Shown: positions 22,795 through 36,674 of the stretch, in pieces
How the letters are laid out: the number at the start of each line of letters is the position of its first letter
Numbering within the stretch: the stretch's first letter is position 1
DNA from: Camelus dromedarius
Taxonomy: Eukaryota
Direction of reading: 5' to 3'
Length of the DNA: 64,000 nt
NCBI RefSeq assembly: GCF_036321535.1
Contig: NC_087436.1
Location: forward strand, 43,030,001 to 43,094,000
Position numbers and translations under genes: made by a program
The notes under the pieces: generated by a model
Told to the model about the DNA's origin: nothing
Seen by the model: only the letters and a program-made list of their open reading frames with translations
Databases searched by the model: none

Positions 22795-25700
22795 CTGATG
22801 AACCTCCCAAAAAACAAAAGTCCAGGACCAGATGATTTCACTGATGCATTCTACCTAACATTTAAAAAGGAATTAATACCAATCCTTCTCAAACTCCTCT
22901 AAAAAACCAGAAGAGGAAGAAACACTTCCAAACTCACTTTATGACATCAGCATCACCCTGATACCAAAACCAAACAAGGACACCACAAAAAAAAAAAAAA
23001 AGAAAGAAAGAAAAATATAGGCCAATATCCCTGGTGAACATAGATGCAAAAATCTGCAACAAAATATTAGCAATCAAATTCAATAATACATTAAAAGGAT
23101 CATACACTATAATCAAGTGGGGTTCACTCCAGGGACGCAAGAATGGTTTAACATAAGAAAAATCAATATGGAAGAATTAATATTGTTAAAATGGCTATAC
23201 TACCCAAAGCAATCTACAGATTTAATGCAATCCCTATCAAATTAACCCAGGACATTTTCCATAGGACTAGAACAAATAATCCTAAAATTTATATGGAATC
23301 ACAAAAGACCCAGAATTGCCAAAACAATATTGAAGAAAAAGAATGAAGCTGGAGGAATAACCCTCCCAGACTTCAGACAGTACTAAAGAATTACAGTAAT
23401 CACAACAGCATGGTATTGGTACAAAAACAGACATATGGATCAATGAAACAGAATAAAGAGCCCAGAAATAAACCCACAGACTTTTGGTCAATTAATCTTT
23501 GACAAAAGAGGCAAGAATATACAATGAAGTAAAGACAGTCTCTTCAGCAAATGCTGCTGGGAAAACTGGACAGCTGCACATAAATCAATGAACACTCCCT
23601 CACACCATACACAAAAATAAACTCAAAATGGCTCAAAGACTTAAACATAAGACAAGACACTATAAACCTCTTAGAAGAAAACATGGGCAAATCATTCTCT
23701 GACATAAATATTAGCAATGTTTTCCTTGGGCAATCTACCCAGGCAATAGAAATAAAAGCAAAAACAAACAAATGGGACCTAATTAAACTTATAAGTCTTT
23801 GCACAGTAAAGGAAACCATAAGCAATACAAAAAGACAACCTACAGAATGGGAGAAAATATTTGCAAAAGATAAGACTAATAAGGGCTTAATTTCCAGAAT
23901 ATATAAACAGCTGATACAACTTAAGAAAAAAAAAAACCAATCCAAAAATAGGCAGACCTAAACAAGCAATTCTCCAATGAAGACATACAAATGGCCAATA
24001 GGCACATGAAAAAAATGCTCAATATCACTATCAGAGAAATGCAAACCAAAACTATAATGAGGAATCACCTCACACCAGTCAGAATGGCCATCATTCAAAA
24101 GTCCACAAACGATAAAAGCTGGAGACACTGTGGAGAAAAGGGAACCCTCCTACACTACTGGTAGGAATGTAGCTTGGTGCAGCCATTGTGGAAAAGAGCA
24201 TAGAGATTCCTCAAAAGGCTAAAAATAGACTTAATATATGATCCAACAATCCCACTCCCAAGCATATATCCAGAGGGAACTCTAATTTGAAAAGACACAT
24301 GCACCCCAATGTTCATAGCAGCACTATTTACAATAGCCAAGACATGGAAGCAACCTAATGTCCATCAAGAGATGGCTGGATAAAGAAGTTGTGGTATATT
24401 TATACAATGGAATAGTACTCTGCCATTAAAAAATAATAATAAATAATAAAAAAATGCCATTTGCAGCAACATGGATGGACCTGGAGATCATCATTCTAGT
24501 GAAGTAAGCCAGAAAGAGAAAGAAAAATACCATATGATATCACTCATATGTGTAATCTAAAGAAAAAAGAGGACACTAATGAACTCATCTATAAATCAGA
24601 AACAGACTCACAGACATAGAAAACAAACTTATAGTTTACCAGGAGGGGAAGGGAGTGGGAAGGGATAAATTGGGAGTTTGAGATTTGCTGATACTAACTA
24701 CTATATATAAAAAAGATAAACAAGTTTATACTGTATAGCACAGGGAACTATATTCAATATCATATAGGCACCTATAATGAAAAATATGAAAACAAATATA
24801 TGTATGTATATGTATGACTGAAGTATTATGCTCTACACCAGAAATTGACATAACACTAAAGTAACTATACTTCAATTAAAAAATCTATCAACATGATACA
24901 CCACATTAACAAAATGAAGGACAGAAGTCATATGATCATCTCAATAGATCAGAAAAAGCATGACAAAATTCAACATCCATTAATGATAAAAACTCTCAAC
25001 ATAGTGAATATAGAGGCAATGTACTTCAACATAATAAAGTTCATATATGGCAAGCCCACAGCAAACATACTCAATGGTGAAAAGCTTTCAGCTTTTCCTC
25101 TATGATCAGGAAAAAGACAAGGAGGCACACTTTCACCACTTTTATTCAACACAGTATTTGAATTCTAGACAGAGCTATTAGGCAAGGAAAATAAGTCATC
25201 CAAGTTGAAAAGGAAGAAGTAAAACTGTCACTATCTGTAGGTGACATGTTATTTTTATATATAGAAAACCCTAAAGACTTTACCAAAAAAACTGAACAAA
25301 TCAACAAATCTGATAAAGTTGTGGGATATAAGATCAATATACAAAAATCTGTTGTGTTTCTATACACTAATAATGAATTATCAGAAAGCAAAATTAAGAA
25401 CACAATCCCATTTACAATTGCATTAAGAGAAAATACCTAGAAATAAATTTAACCAAGGAAGTAAAAGACCTGTATACTGAAAAATATCAGACATTGATGA
25501 AAAAAACTGAAGACATAAATAAATGGAAAGACAATCTATGCTCATGGATTTGAAGAACACTGTTAAAAAGTCTACACTACCCAAAGAAATCTACAGATTC
25601 AGTGCAATCTTTATCAAAATTCCAACAGTATTTTTCACAAAAATAGAATTTAAAGACCTAAAATTTGTATAGAACCACAAGAGATCCTGAATGGCCAAAG

Positions 25701-27150
25701 CAACCTTGAGAAAGAAGAACAAAGCTGGAGGCATCACACTCCCTGATTTCAAATTATATTCAAAGCTATAGTAATCAATTTGGCATAAAAACAGATACAC
25801 AGATCAATGGAAAGGAACAGAGAGCCCAGGAAAAAACCCACACATAAATGGTCAATTTATGACAAAAGAGCCAAAAACATACAATGGGAAAAGGACAATC
25901 TCTTCAATAAACAATATTAGAAAATTGGACAGCTACATGCAAAAGAATGATACTAGATCACTATCTTACATCATACACAAAAATTAATTGAAAATGGATA
26001 TAAGACCTGAAGCCATGAAGCTGCTAAGAAAACACAGATAATAAGCTCTTGACATCAGTGATGGCAGTGATTTTCTGGATCTGACATCAAAAGCAAAGGC
26101 AACAAAAAGAAAAATAAACAAGTAGTACTACATCATAGTACTACATCAAACTAAAGTTTCTGCAGAGCAAAAGAAACCATTAACAAAATGAAAAGGCAAC
26201 CTACCAAGTGGAAGAAAATATTTGCAAATCATCTATCTGATAAGGGGTTAATATTCAAAATATTATAAAGAACTCATACAACTCAATAAAAAGAAAATCC
26301 AATAAAAAATGGGCATAGGCTCTAAGCAGATATTTTTTCCAAAGAATACATACAGATGACCAACAGGTAACATGAAAAGATGCTCAACATAACTAATCAT
26401 CAGTGAAATACAAATCAAAACCACAATGAGATATCACATCACACCTGTTAGAATGGCTATTATCAAAAAGACAAGAAAAAACAAGTGTTAGTGAGGATGT
26501 GGAGTAAAGGGAACTCTTGTGCACCAGTCGTGGGAATGTAAATTGGTGCAGCCACTAGGGAAATAGCATGGAAATGTCTCAAAAAATTAAAAATAGAACT
26601 ACCATATGATCCAGCCATTTCACTTTTGGGTATTTACCCAGAGGAAACAAAAACACAACTCAAAAAGATATATGCACTTCTATGTTCATCACGGCATTAT
26701 TTACAATAATCAATATATAGAAACAACCTAAGTGCCCATCAATGGATGAATGGATAAAGAAAATGTTTTCAGCCATAAAAAAGAAGGAAATCTTGCTATT
26801 TGTGACAATTTGAATGGAACTTGAAGGCATCATTTTAAGTGAAGTAAGTCAGAGAAAGACAAATACAGTATGAGCTCACTTATATGTGGAATCTTTAAAA
26901 ACAAAGCAAAATATCTAAGCTCATAGATACAGAGAACAGACTGGTAACCGTCAGAGGCAGGGTACGGTGGGATGATGGAATGGTTTAGGAATGGGTGAAG
27001 GGAGTCAAAAGGTACAAACTTCTAGTAATAAAACAAATAAGTCATGGGGATGTAATGCACAGCATGGTGACTGTAGTTAATAATACTGAACTCAAATCAT
27101 TGTGCTGTATACCTGACACGAATATGTCAATTATGCCTCAATTAAAAAAA
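22795..27150 (+). mobile_element. Older 5'-truncated L1 (L1MA9-like 3' end), interrupted by a younger L1
   Basis: ORF2 DNA runs from aaaagtccaggaccagatg to ggtttaacataagaaaaatcaatatg (23170) and resumes at atcaacatgatacaccacattaac (about 24887, MIHHINK). The 3'UTR contains aaaaggtacaaacttc...aagtcatggggatgtaatg. Confidence 0.88.
23171..24883 (+). mobile_element. Young 5'-truncated L1 nested in the older L1
   Basis: Same subfamily as 1-6585 and 15603-16930 (shared 3'UTR gggaagggataaattgggagtttgagattt). Ends ...tatacttcaattaaaaaa. The TSD is only degenerate (aaaaatc..aaYatg). Confidence 0.9.
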
Positions 27151-27433
27151 TTTAAAATCATGTGTCATAGGACCCAACAAAGTAAACTGGGAAATTACAA
27201 ATGCTCCTGCTCCCATGCATTTTCTCCAACTGGTGTGATCTCATTTGATTCTTCCTATGTTAGGTTTGCTTTGAGAAGTTGTTTTCAAAATTCACTAGTA
27301 ATGAAATGTGCTACTCACAGAAAAAAGTTACAGTGATAAGAATGATTTGGTTAGTTCTGTATTTTAGAGAGATCACTCTGGCAGCAGTGCGGCACATATA
27401 TTGAAGTGGGTCAAAGATTAGAGATGTGGCTTC

Positions 27434-27923
27434 TGGGGCAGGCAGAATAACCCTCCAAAGATGTCCATATCCTAGTCCCTGGGACCTGAGAATATGTTAT
27501 CTTACCTGGCAAAAGGGATTTTGCCTATGTGAGTAAATGAAGGATCTTGAGATGGGAGACAACTCTAGGTGGGCCTAGTATCATAATAAGAATCCTTGTA
27601 AGGAAAGAAAAGAGGGAGGAAAATTAGAGAAGATGTGACTATAGGAGCAGACATGAGACTTAGAGAGAGAAAAGGAGAGATTAGAAGATGCTACACTGCT
27701 GGCTTTGAAAATGGAGAACAGGGCTGTGAGCCAAGGAACACAAGTGGCCTCTAGAAGCTGGAAAAGGCAAGGAAACAGACTCGAGAGAGAGCCTCCAGAA
27801 CGTACACACTGAGTTTAGCCCAAGGAGAGTTCTGACTCTCAGAATTGGAAGAAAATAAATATGAGTTGTTTTAAGCCACTAAGTTTGTGGTAATTCTTAC
27901 AGCTGCAGTAGGAAACTAATACA
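27434..27923 (+). mobile_element. MLT1D-like MaLR solo LTR
   Basis: ggcagaataaccctccaaagatgtccatatcc...ctagaagctggaaaaggcaaggaaacaga...ttttaagccactaagtttgtggtaa...ggaaactaataca. Confidence 0.88.
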
Positions 27924-28104
27924 GACTTCAACTAGGAATTTAAGACGGACATCCAGGTGGACGATGGAAACCCCCAGCCCTGATGGTAATGGTCCGTGTG
28001 GAGAAGACAGGCTGAAATCACTGGGTATTTATTAGAGTTGTGATCAGAGAAAATCAGTGTTCTGGTGTCCAGATCAGAAAGAAATTTGCCATAAAAAAAG
28101 GAAA

Positions 28105-30622
28105 TGTGGCAGATGACTAACCTGCCACCACAAATCCTCCTTCCAAAGTACAGCGGTGTCACTGGAAAGTCACTGCCCAGCTCGGGTGAGGGACTGCGCT
28201 TCTCGGTCTCCTGACAACAAGTGGTCATGTGACTACATCTTGGCAATGTAATGTGAACAAGAACACTATGTCACCTCTCAGGCCAAAGACCTGAATACCC
28301 AGGTGTGCATTCCGTACTCCCTTCCTCATCCCTGGCTGGGTGAGGGTTCCAAGGCTCTGAGTGGCAGGAAAGCAGTGGAGTGCAGAGTCCCAGTATGAAC
28401 GGAGGTCCCCAAATCTCCATATGGAAGGTCACTTGCTGACAAAGAACACCCACATAAGTTTGTGTAAGCAAGCAATACACTTCTATTTTTTCAATTCACT
28501 GATTTTGAGACATTTATTTTCATCCCCAAAATTGGTACTACAACTAGAATGCCATTTTAACAGAATCCTACAGTACCTGCGGCCATTCAGGGGATAGCAG
28601 AAATTGATGTAGGAAGCTGGAAAAATGGAGACTCACGTTATGCAGCGGCAACAGACTTGAAAAAACTTGGCTGCCAATAACTCAGTACTTGCCAAGCCTG
28701 TAGCTCTAAATTAGAATGTTGGTTGTGTTAGCTTGTGGCTGGCTGTTTCAGCACGCTATTAGAAGAAAGATGAGCTCAGGCAAGAATTGACCAGTTTACA
28801 AGCAAAAAGTGAAAGGAAATACAGAGAATCCAGCTATTTGGGGTTTCTCACAATTAGAAAGTCTGCATGATTCTAGAACTCAAACATTAATAGATAACTG
28901 CAAAGGTTTTGAACAACAGAGACCCTTTATTTTTTCAGTTAAACAAAGTGACTCAGTCTTGGAACAAAAATCAGAATAAGGAGGTTTCCTTCCCACATAA
29001 ACCCATTGTTTAAAGATAGCTTTAAGACAGGCATCATTAAGTTAAGAGAAAGGCATGGGGCAAGAAAGCCACAAAATAAAGCAGGCCTGAGAATGAGGTT
29101 TGGGATAAAAGTTATACTGCCAAAGAACCCACAATCTTGAACAAAAATGCTACTGAATGTTTAAGCATTATCCTCAAATCCCAAAATTTGCACAAAGAGA
29201 AAGCTCAACAGAACCAAAGGGCATTCTCCTATGCCCACTCCAAATGGTCATTCCTACCAATGGAATCCCTACCACAGTGCTGGTTCCATGGTTCATCAAA
29301 GGACTCCTCCCCCACCTACCACCCACCCCCTGGTCAGGACAGAGAGACTTCACAACGCCACAAACTCAGAATGACTGCAACTTTGCCAGGGACCAGTGAC
29401 TGCTGTGTGACTCCAATTTTTCCCCTCAATTGTTGAATTCCCCAATATCATTAGATAATGTGTTAAAACAAAATTAAATTTTTGAAATCTTATTGCAGTA
29501 AAAGAGATTACCACCTTGATGAAGGTTTAGCAGTGTCTCAGGAGGGAAAAGTCAGGAGTGGGACAGTGACAGATTTCAGGGTCTGGGATCAATTGCTTTA
29601 AAGCAAGTCATTCAAGATGAGGTAGTATTTGAGATAAGGCAAAGTATGTGATATAACAGTCTAGGGCTGGTAGGTATAAATGAAAGGGAAGGTCTTGAAG
29701 GAAAGCCTTGATAAGTAAGTTGTCACTGATAAATTAGCTCCTTACCCAGGTGAGCAGACCATTGTTATCCTAAAAAAAAAGTCTGTGGGAATTTCCTAAA
29801 ACAAATAATAAAATGATTTCTTGACCTATAGCCATGTCTTTCCAGGATAAGGCTTTCCAGGAACAAATGATAAAGTTGTGGTCCACAACACTTAGCTAAG
29901 TCACACAGACACTATAGTCTCAATTCTCACTATTCTAGCCATCCTGTCCCTGCTCCACCATGATATGGCTGTCAGGGGGTGCCTTTTAACTCAAATGTTG
30001 CCAAACCATGTGGAGCCACATCCAAACCTGTGGAAAGGACTGTTCCTCATCCACAGATCCAAGATTTGGAGGATGCATGAATTGGAAATTCCTTGGGGAA
30101 GAAATAGGTATATTCTGTGTTTAACAACAAGTTGGTATGTAGATATTGGCTGCCCAGATGGTATAACACGTTAAGAAACACATAACTGATCATCACAAAT
30201 TTTATGCTTCCCTTCCATTGCCCAGAACCATCACTGGGAAGTAGCTGCCCAGAGAGAGACCACATCTCCTAGCTTCCTGTGAGGCTAGGTGGAGCCTCGT
30301 GACTGGTTCTAGCAATGTGGATACCATGGGGGAGGAGATAATACAGGTCACTTTCAAACTTGAAATCTGTGAAACATGTGTGCGTTCTCCCTTTTCTCAT
30401 TCTTCATCTGACACTGATGGTAAAATATTTTGGAACTCTAGGGGAAGGCCAACCACAAAAGGGAAGATGCCTGGATGCCTGAATCCACACACGAAAGGTC
30501 GCCCACAGACCAGAGCTACCCACAGTAGTTTGTTACGTGGGATAAATATAAACTTCTCTGGGGTTAAGTCACTGAGATTTGGCAGCATATTTATAATAGG
30601 TGGTAGCATTGTCCTAACTAAT
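28105..30622 (+). mobile_element. Old MaLR (MLT1I/J-like) LTR-internal-LTR remnant with a probable unrelated insert at about 29450-29930
   Basis: LTR-like blocks at about 28105-28545 and 30180-30622 (ttaagtcactgagatttgg...cctaactaata). MLT-internal-like ggaagctggaaaaatggagactcacgttatgcagcggcaaca at about 28612. Confidence 0.55.
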
Positions 30623-33600
30623 AAATGGGGCTTATTATAAAAGATGGCAAATATATATCCATACTGATACTGGTATAGTCATTGTAGAAGCAATACAAGC
30701 ACACATGTAAGGAATCATGCCATTTTTGTAACAAAGATCTATGTAAATAGAAGAAACAAGGAAGAATATCCATTAAAATTTTAATAAATATGCCTGACTA
30801 TATATTGGTATCATTGATAATTCCGTCTTATTTTTAATGCTTTTCTGAATTTTCCAAATGTTCTATAATATGAAATATTTTTGATATAAAGAAAACTAAG
30901 AGTTTTTTAAAAGATGTAGCTATTAATAACTAGATGTGTTTCTAAGACACACCATTACTCCTGTGTCCTGGCACATAGTAGCTCCTCAACAAGTATCTAC
31001 TTAATAATAATTAATAATAATAAAGCTCTCACATACAATAGCCTTTCATTTCCGAGGGGTTGGTGATAGAAGAAAGGTGGAGGGTAACATAGGTGCCTTT
31101 TCAGGTTGGTGTTCGAAGATACTCATTTCTCAACAAAAAGCGACTTCATTAATAAGTCATTTTTAAAATAAGAGTGTTTGGAAAGAAACAGCAAGATGAA
31201 CTTTACTCAGGGAAAGTTTAAAAAGTGTAAGGCTAAAACAACAGCTTTCCAGACATGCCTGATCTACCACTGCTGTGACTCATAATTAAGAGCCGTCTTC
31301 AGGGTAAGCAATTGGTCCCTGAATTCGCCTGGGAACAGAGTGGAGTTGCTGGCAGCAGTGTCTCTCTCCCCAGGGAATGCTGAAGTACCATCCAGCTCTG
31401 ACTACCTCTGAAAACATGCATTCTATCACCATAGCAGCCAGGCTGATCATCTCATCTTGATTAAAGAGGTCTCCACTCTCAATCCCGTGAGGGTAAAATC
31501 AGCACTTCCAGACACAGGATGAGTCATTGTTTCTGGCCTCATTTACATCATGCAGCCCTTCTCTCTGCTAACAACCAATTTTTTTTTTTTTTAAAGAACA
31601 ACCCAAAAAACCCAGTTAACCAAGTAAGTAAAATGATGCAGCCAGGCAGTGACAATTCCAAACAAATAATTACAAATCTCAATTTTGCTTTGGACGAAGA
31701 GAAGGTGAACTAAAAAACAAAACAAAAACCAAAACTCAAGAAAACTACATTAACCCTTTAATTGTGCATGTTCTTCAAAGAGCCAGAAACACCTGGTTGT
31801 TAGAAGAAACTGTCAATTAAAGTATGTACTTAGTCATGAAGAACAAACAAGCTTGTTATGATGAAGAGTTCCCGGTTGAGTGTGCCTCTTCAGAAGGGAG
31901 TTGGAGGCAGAGGAGAGATGGCGTTTTGTTGCTGTTGAAATGGAGGGTTGAGTGGGCAGGAAATAGCCCAGTAACAGCTTGGTGTGGAGAGGAGCCAATG
32001 TGGCAGTGGGGAACATTCTGGATCAACCATGTGGCTTTTGGAACCGAAGATGTTTTGTCAAGAGAAGGCACATGAAAGAAACTGAGCTGGACTGTAAGAA
32101 AATGCAACCATTCAACTCAAATTTGACTAAGAAATTGTGATCAGGTTTTCCCAGGGTTAAACACATACACACACACAGAGCATAGAAAATACTGAGTTCA
32201 AACTAGAATTTTTTTCCCCACTTTTCCTTCCTAAATGTACAGGCAACCTTCAGCAAAAATAGCTAATCGAAGCACCATTTTTTTTCTTGCAAAGATGACA
32301 CTCTAAAATTTCACAATTTCTAATACAGCAACTGTACCAACGTTCTTGTATGGAGATTCTTCCTGATGATTCAGGTTCTAAAGAGAACAACCCGTGGGGT
32401 GAAATGATGGCATCAAGACTCTCCATTAGGATAAAAGGAGAGGCTAATAATTTGTCAGTGAAAGTAATGAAGAACTAGGATTACCTTTAAAGAGCCCAAG
32501 TGAGCATGGTCTCATTCTTAAAAACACTGCAAGGTAGAACAGTTTGGTAAAAAAGATAGAAAAAATTGAGGCAAAGAGATTCCATCCAGGACGGCTGAAA
32601 TAAACACGTGCAATTGGAGAGCAACTTACAGGGTCTCCTCAGGTCAAAGGTACACGGTGGCTGGATAACAGCAAGTAAATTCTCAGTTGTTTTGGGTGAA
32701 AGCCATTCCAATTTCTCAGAACAAAGCATTGGAAGAAATCCAATAAGCAAAATAGACTCAGGCTCTAGAGACCTCTAACAAAATGCAGTTACTGAGGAGA
32801 AAATACCCAAATGTGAATTGTAAACTAAATGAGTGCAGGAAATAAAGAGCCAGTGACCATATTTAGTCTGAAATGTGCTAGTCAATTGAATTTCACATTT
32901 CCTCAAGCAGTCTGGTTTTGTGTGGGTTGAATGGATACATGATTTTCCACAGAAAAGAGCATGGCCATTGAAAATAATAGAATGTATATTAAGAAGGAGA
33001 GATTGATGGCAAAATGTTTGTAGAGATTATAAGAATGTCTTTAAAAATGTGTGGTACCAAAGATCTACTAACAGTCCATGTTAAGAGCTACTGGACAACC
33101 TCTTAATTTCCTGGGACATTTACTGTACCTAGGAAGTTAGATGGTTAATTGCTCAGTGTCTCACTCTCTCTCACCTTACATAAAAGCTTCAGAGGAGAAC
33201 ATATGTTCTGACTAAATAAATCAAGGATATGGAGTTTGTTTCATATTTCACCCTAGATAAAAGCATGTTACAGACGTAGGAAAGAAATCCCCTTTCATCC
33301 ATGACATACATTCAAATATCAGATTAATAGTCAGTTGTCTCAAATCTTCATTTTGCTTCTCAACAAATTGAACTGTCAGCCCTATGTGAAGCAGTACAAG
33401 AATCTGAGACAAGTTCAAACAATTTTTACATTTCTCTCTCCTGGTAAATTAAATAATCTAGATAGGATAGTCTGGATCAACAGAATTAATGTTAGGAGGT
33501 TTGAGGAGTCAAGTAGTTCTGAATTTCTACTTTCTCAAGGACTGTTCCACGGGATAGCAAACGTTTGAGTAAAAGCCAGCCTATTCTCAGATTTATCCTT

Positions 33601-33861
33601 TGAACTTACCAGGGTCTTGTTTTGTTTTTGTTTTGCTTTTTGGTTTTAGTCACACTGCCATTAGATATGGGAGGACCTCCTTCTCTGATATCTCTCATAT
33701 CTACTTTTCACCAAGGGCCATAAAATGCCACCATTCTGGATACCTCAGTTTTATGATCCCAAAGCAACCTGTGATCAATGGACTGGAGATGGGGAGGACT
33801 CATGATCATTATCCACTGATCACTGTCATTAATTCTTTCCCAACACCATCACCATCCAGGA

Positions 33862-34240
33862 ATGTTCTAGGTTGGGTCACCAAGACAGCAACAGTGAGAT
33901 GAAGCTGGGGGCACAAGATGTTTATTAGAAAGATCAACACCTGTGAAGAAAAGGAGAGGAAGCAGGACTGGGGATGGGAAGAAGTCAAACTACAATGGAT
34001 TGCCAGCAAACCTTGGCCAACCAGACTGGAAGCTCTTGAGCAAACTGAACTGAAATGGCTGATCTTTATATCCTTCTCTGGTCAGTCATTCTATGTGGGC
34101 TGCCCTGGAAAGGGCAAGAACTTAAGTGAAGTGATTCTCTGCTGCCAAGGCCAACTTTGAAGGAGCTCACAGATTATGAGGTTGTCAGATAATCGCACTC
34201 ACAAGTTGAGTAGTAAGCCTTCTTTGAAGGTGATGTGAAC
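33862..34240 (-). mobile_element. ERVL-class LTR (LTR33/LTR16-like)
   Basis: tgttctaggttgggtcacc...gatgtttattag...gatcaacacctgtgaagaaaaggagaggaagcaggactggg. Confidence 0.6.
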
Positions 34241-34299
34241 AGGGGATCCTTTCATATTTATCAAAGGAAATTTTAAAATTTCCTCTTGAAAATGGTCAT

Positions 34300-34806
34300 G
34301 ATTCATGTCTACATAAAAATGTTTACATTAATGTTTAGAGCAGCATTACTCGTAATACCCAAAAAGTGGAAACAACCCAAGAGTCCATCAACTAATGAGT
34401 GAATAGATACAATGTGGTATATCCATCCAAAGGGATAGCATTTGGCAATAAAAAGGAATTAAGTGCTGATAGATGCTATAACATGAATGAACCTTGAAAG
34501 CATAATGCTAAGTGAAAGAAGCCAGTTACAAAAGACTGCATATTGTATGATTCCTTTTATATAAATGTCTAGAATAGGCATATCTACATAGACAGAAAGC
34601 AGATTAGTGCTTAGGAGTTGGGGTCAGGGTGGAGAGGAAAAGTCTGCTTACGGATATGGGATTTCTTTTGGGGTGATGAAAATGTTCTAAACTTAGATGG
34701 CGGTGATGCCCAACTCTGTTAATACACTAAAACTACCCAATTAACCATTTCAAATCAGTGAATTTTGTAATATGTTAAGTAGGTTTCAATAAAGATGTTT
34801 TTAAAA
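34300..34806 (+). mobile_element. L1MB-type 3' end fragment
   Basis: aaaagtggaaacaacccaa...tgaaccttgaaagcataatgctaagtgaaagaagccag...ggggtgatgaaaatgttcta...caataaag. Confidence 0.85.
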
Positions 34807-34899
34807 GGGTCACCACTGAAGTAAGGTAGGCAAATGTACTGCTTGCTCTCCTCTGAACATATTCAACTAATCATCCTTATCATTACTATCATTAATATT

Positions 34900-35090
34900 T
34901 ATAGGCACTGGTACCAGGCATGCATCTAAAATGCTTTGCATCCGTAATTTCATTTCTATGTCAACCAACAATTATTTGCTTCCCCATTTTATATATGATA
35001 AAATTGAGGTACAGAGAAAATTAAGTAATTTGCCTAAGACTACAGGGTTAGTAATATCAGAACTATGATTCAATCTTTTTCTGATTCCAG
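34900..35090. mobile_element. MIR SINE remnant
   Basis: ccccattttatatatgataaaattgaggtacagagaaaattaagtaatttgcctaagactacag. Confidence 0.75.
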
Positions 35091-36674
35091 ACTGCATAAT
35101 GACTACATTACCTGTTTTAGAGATACATCATAACACCTATATTGATTTAGTGGCACTGTCCTAAAATTAACCCAGTATGATGATATGGTTTTACATTTTA
35201 CATGCTCTATCCTCTATGAGGTTTAAGCGAGTTTAAATCATATCTTCTAGTTATTCATTTTGACTTTATTTGGATAATCAAGTTTTAATACATTTTTCTA
35301 CTTCTGGGAGCGGATTACCACACCACCCCCATAATAAAATAATTAGGTACTGGTATCTAGAGAAATCTGAGGAGAATTAGGCAGTGCTTCAAAGTTTTCT
35401 CTTGAGAATATTAAATTTTCTTTGCATGTGGGTATAATAAACTTTAAAGGAGACAAAGAGATTGAGAATAGGGTGACAGGAAGGTTTATGTAGAATATTG
35501 TTGGATTTGTACAAACTTGTAGACTAATAATTTCTTCTTTGCAAACTTTGAGGCACGGCATGGGAACATTCTTTACACAATGACTTAATATGCCAGAAAG
35601 TAGGACTGCAAACAAATGACATCATAAGATACAGCCTCAAAAAAATGTGCCCTGACCAGTTTACTTAAGGCCTTGGGGTTATTTGCAATGTTTCTTCAGT
35701 TATTTTGATGTTTCTTCAGTTAGGTGGGATTTTAATTTGCTGTAGATTAGAAAGTGTGACTATAGACTCCATCTCTGGTGGATGCTCCCTTGCCCGGGAA
35801 CAAAGTGGTATCTGAAGAACTGTGCAGCTCATCAGGAGGGAGTCATTCCAATACATAACCCCAGGAAGTTTATCTTAAAAATAAGAGAAATTTTGACAAG
35901 GTGAATAATGACTTCTTAGATAGAAGCAAATTTTAAAGTTCAGAGATTTAAAAACTTACTGTTACCAAGAAAAAAAAAAAAGAGAGAAAAGACACAAATT
36001 ACCAATATCACAAATGAAAAAGGGGTCATTACTACTGATCTCACAGATGTCAAAAGAATAAAGGAAAACTGTAAACAGCTCTAAGCTCACAAATTTGATA
36101 ACAGATTAAATTGACTAATTCCTTGAAAGACACAACTACCAAAACTTAGAGAAACAGATCATTTTTAAAAGCCTGTTATGTATTAAATAATTAATTCAGT
36201 AGTTAATAAACTTTAAAAAAAGGAAGTACCAAGCTCATTTCACTGGTGAATTCTACCAAATACTTAGGGAGGAAAAAAAATTAATTCTTCACATTTTCTT
36301 CCAGAAAACAGAAGCAGAGTGTACAAATTCTAGCACATTCTATGAGGCTGATAATTACCCTAGTATCAAAATCAGATAAAAACACTATAAGAAAGGAAAA
36401 CTATAGATCAATATCCCTCATGAATATAGCTAAACATCCTCAATAAAATATTAGCAAGTTGAACCCAATAATTTATAAAAAATTATATACCATAACCAAA
36501 TGTTTTATTCCAAATATGCAAGGCTGGTTCAACATTTGAAAATCAATTAATGTAATCCATCATATCAACAGGTTAAAAAATCATATGATCCTATCAGCTG
36601 CAGAAAAAGAATATAACAAAATTCAACACCCATTCATGGTGGTGTTCTCAGCAAACTAGGAACAGACAAGGCTT

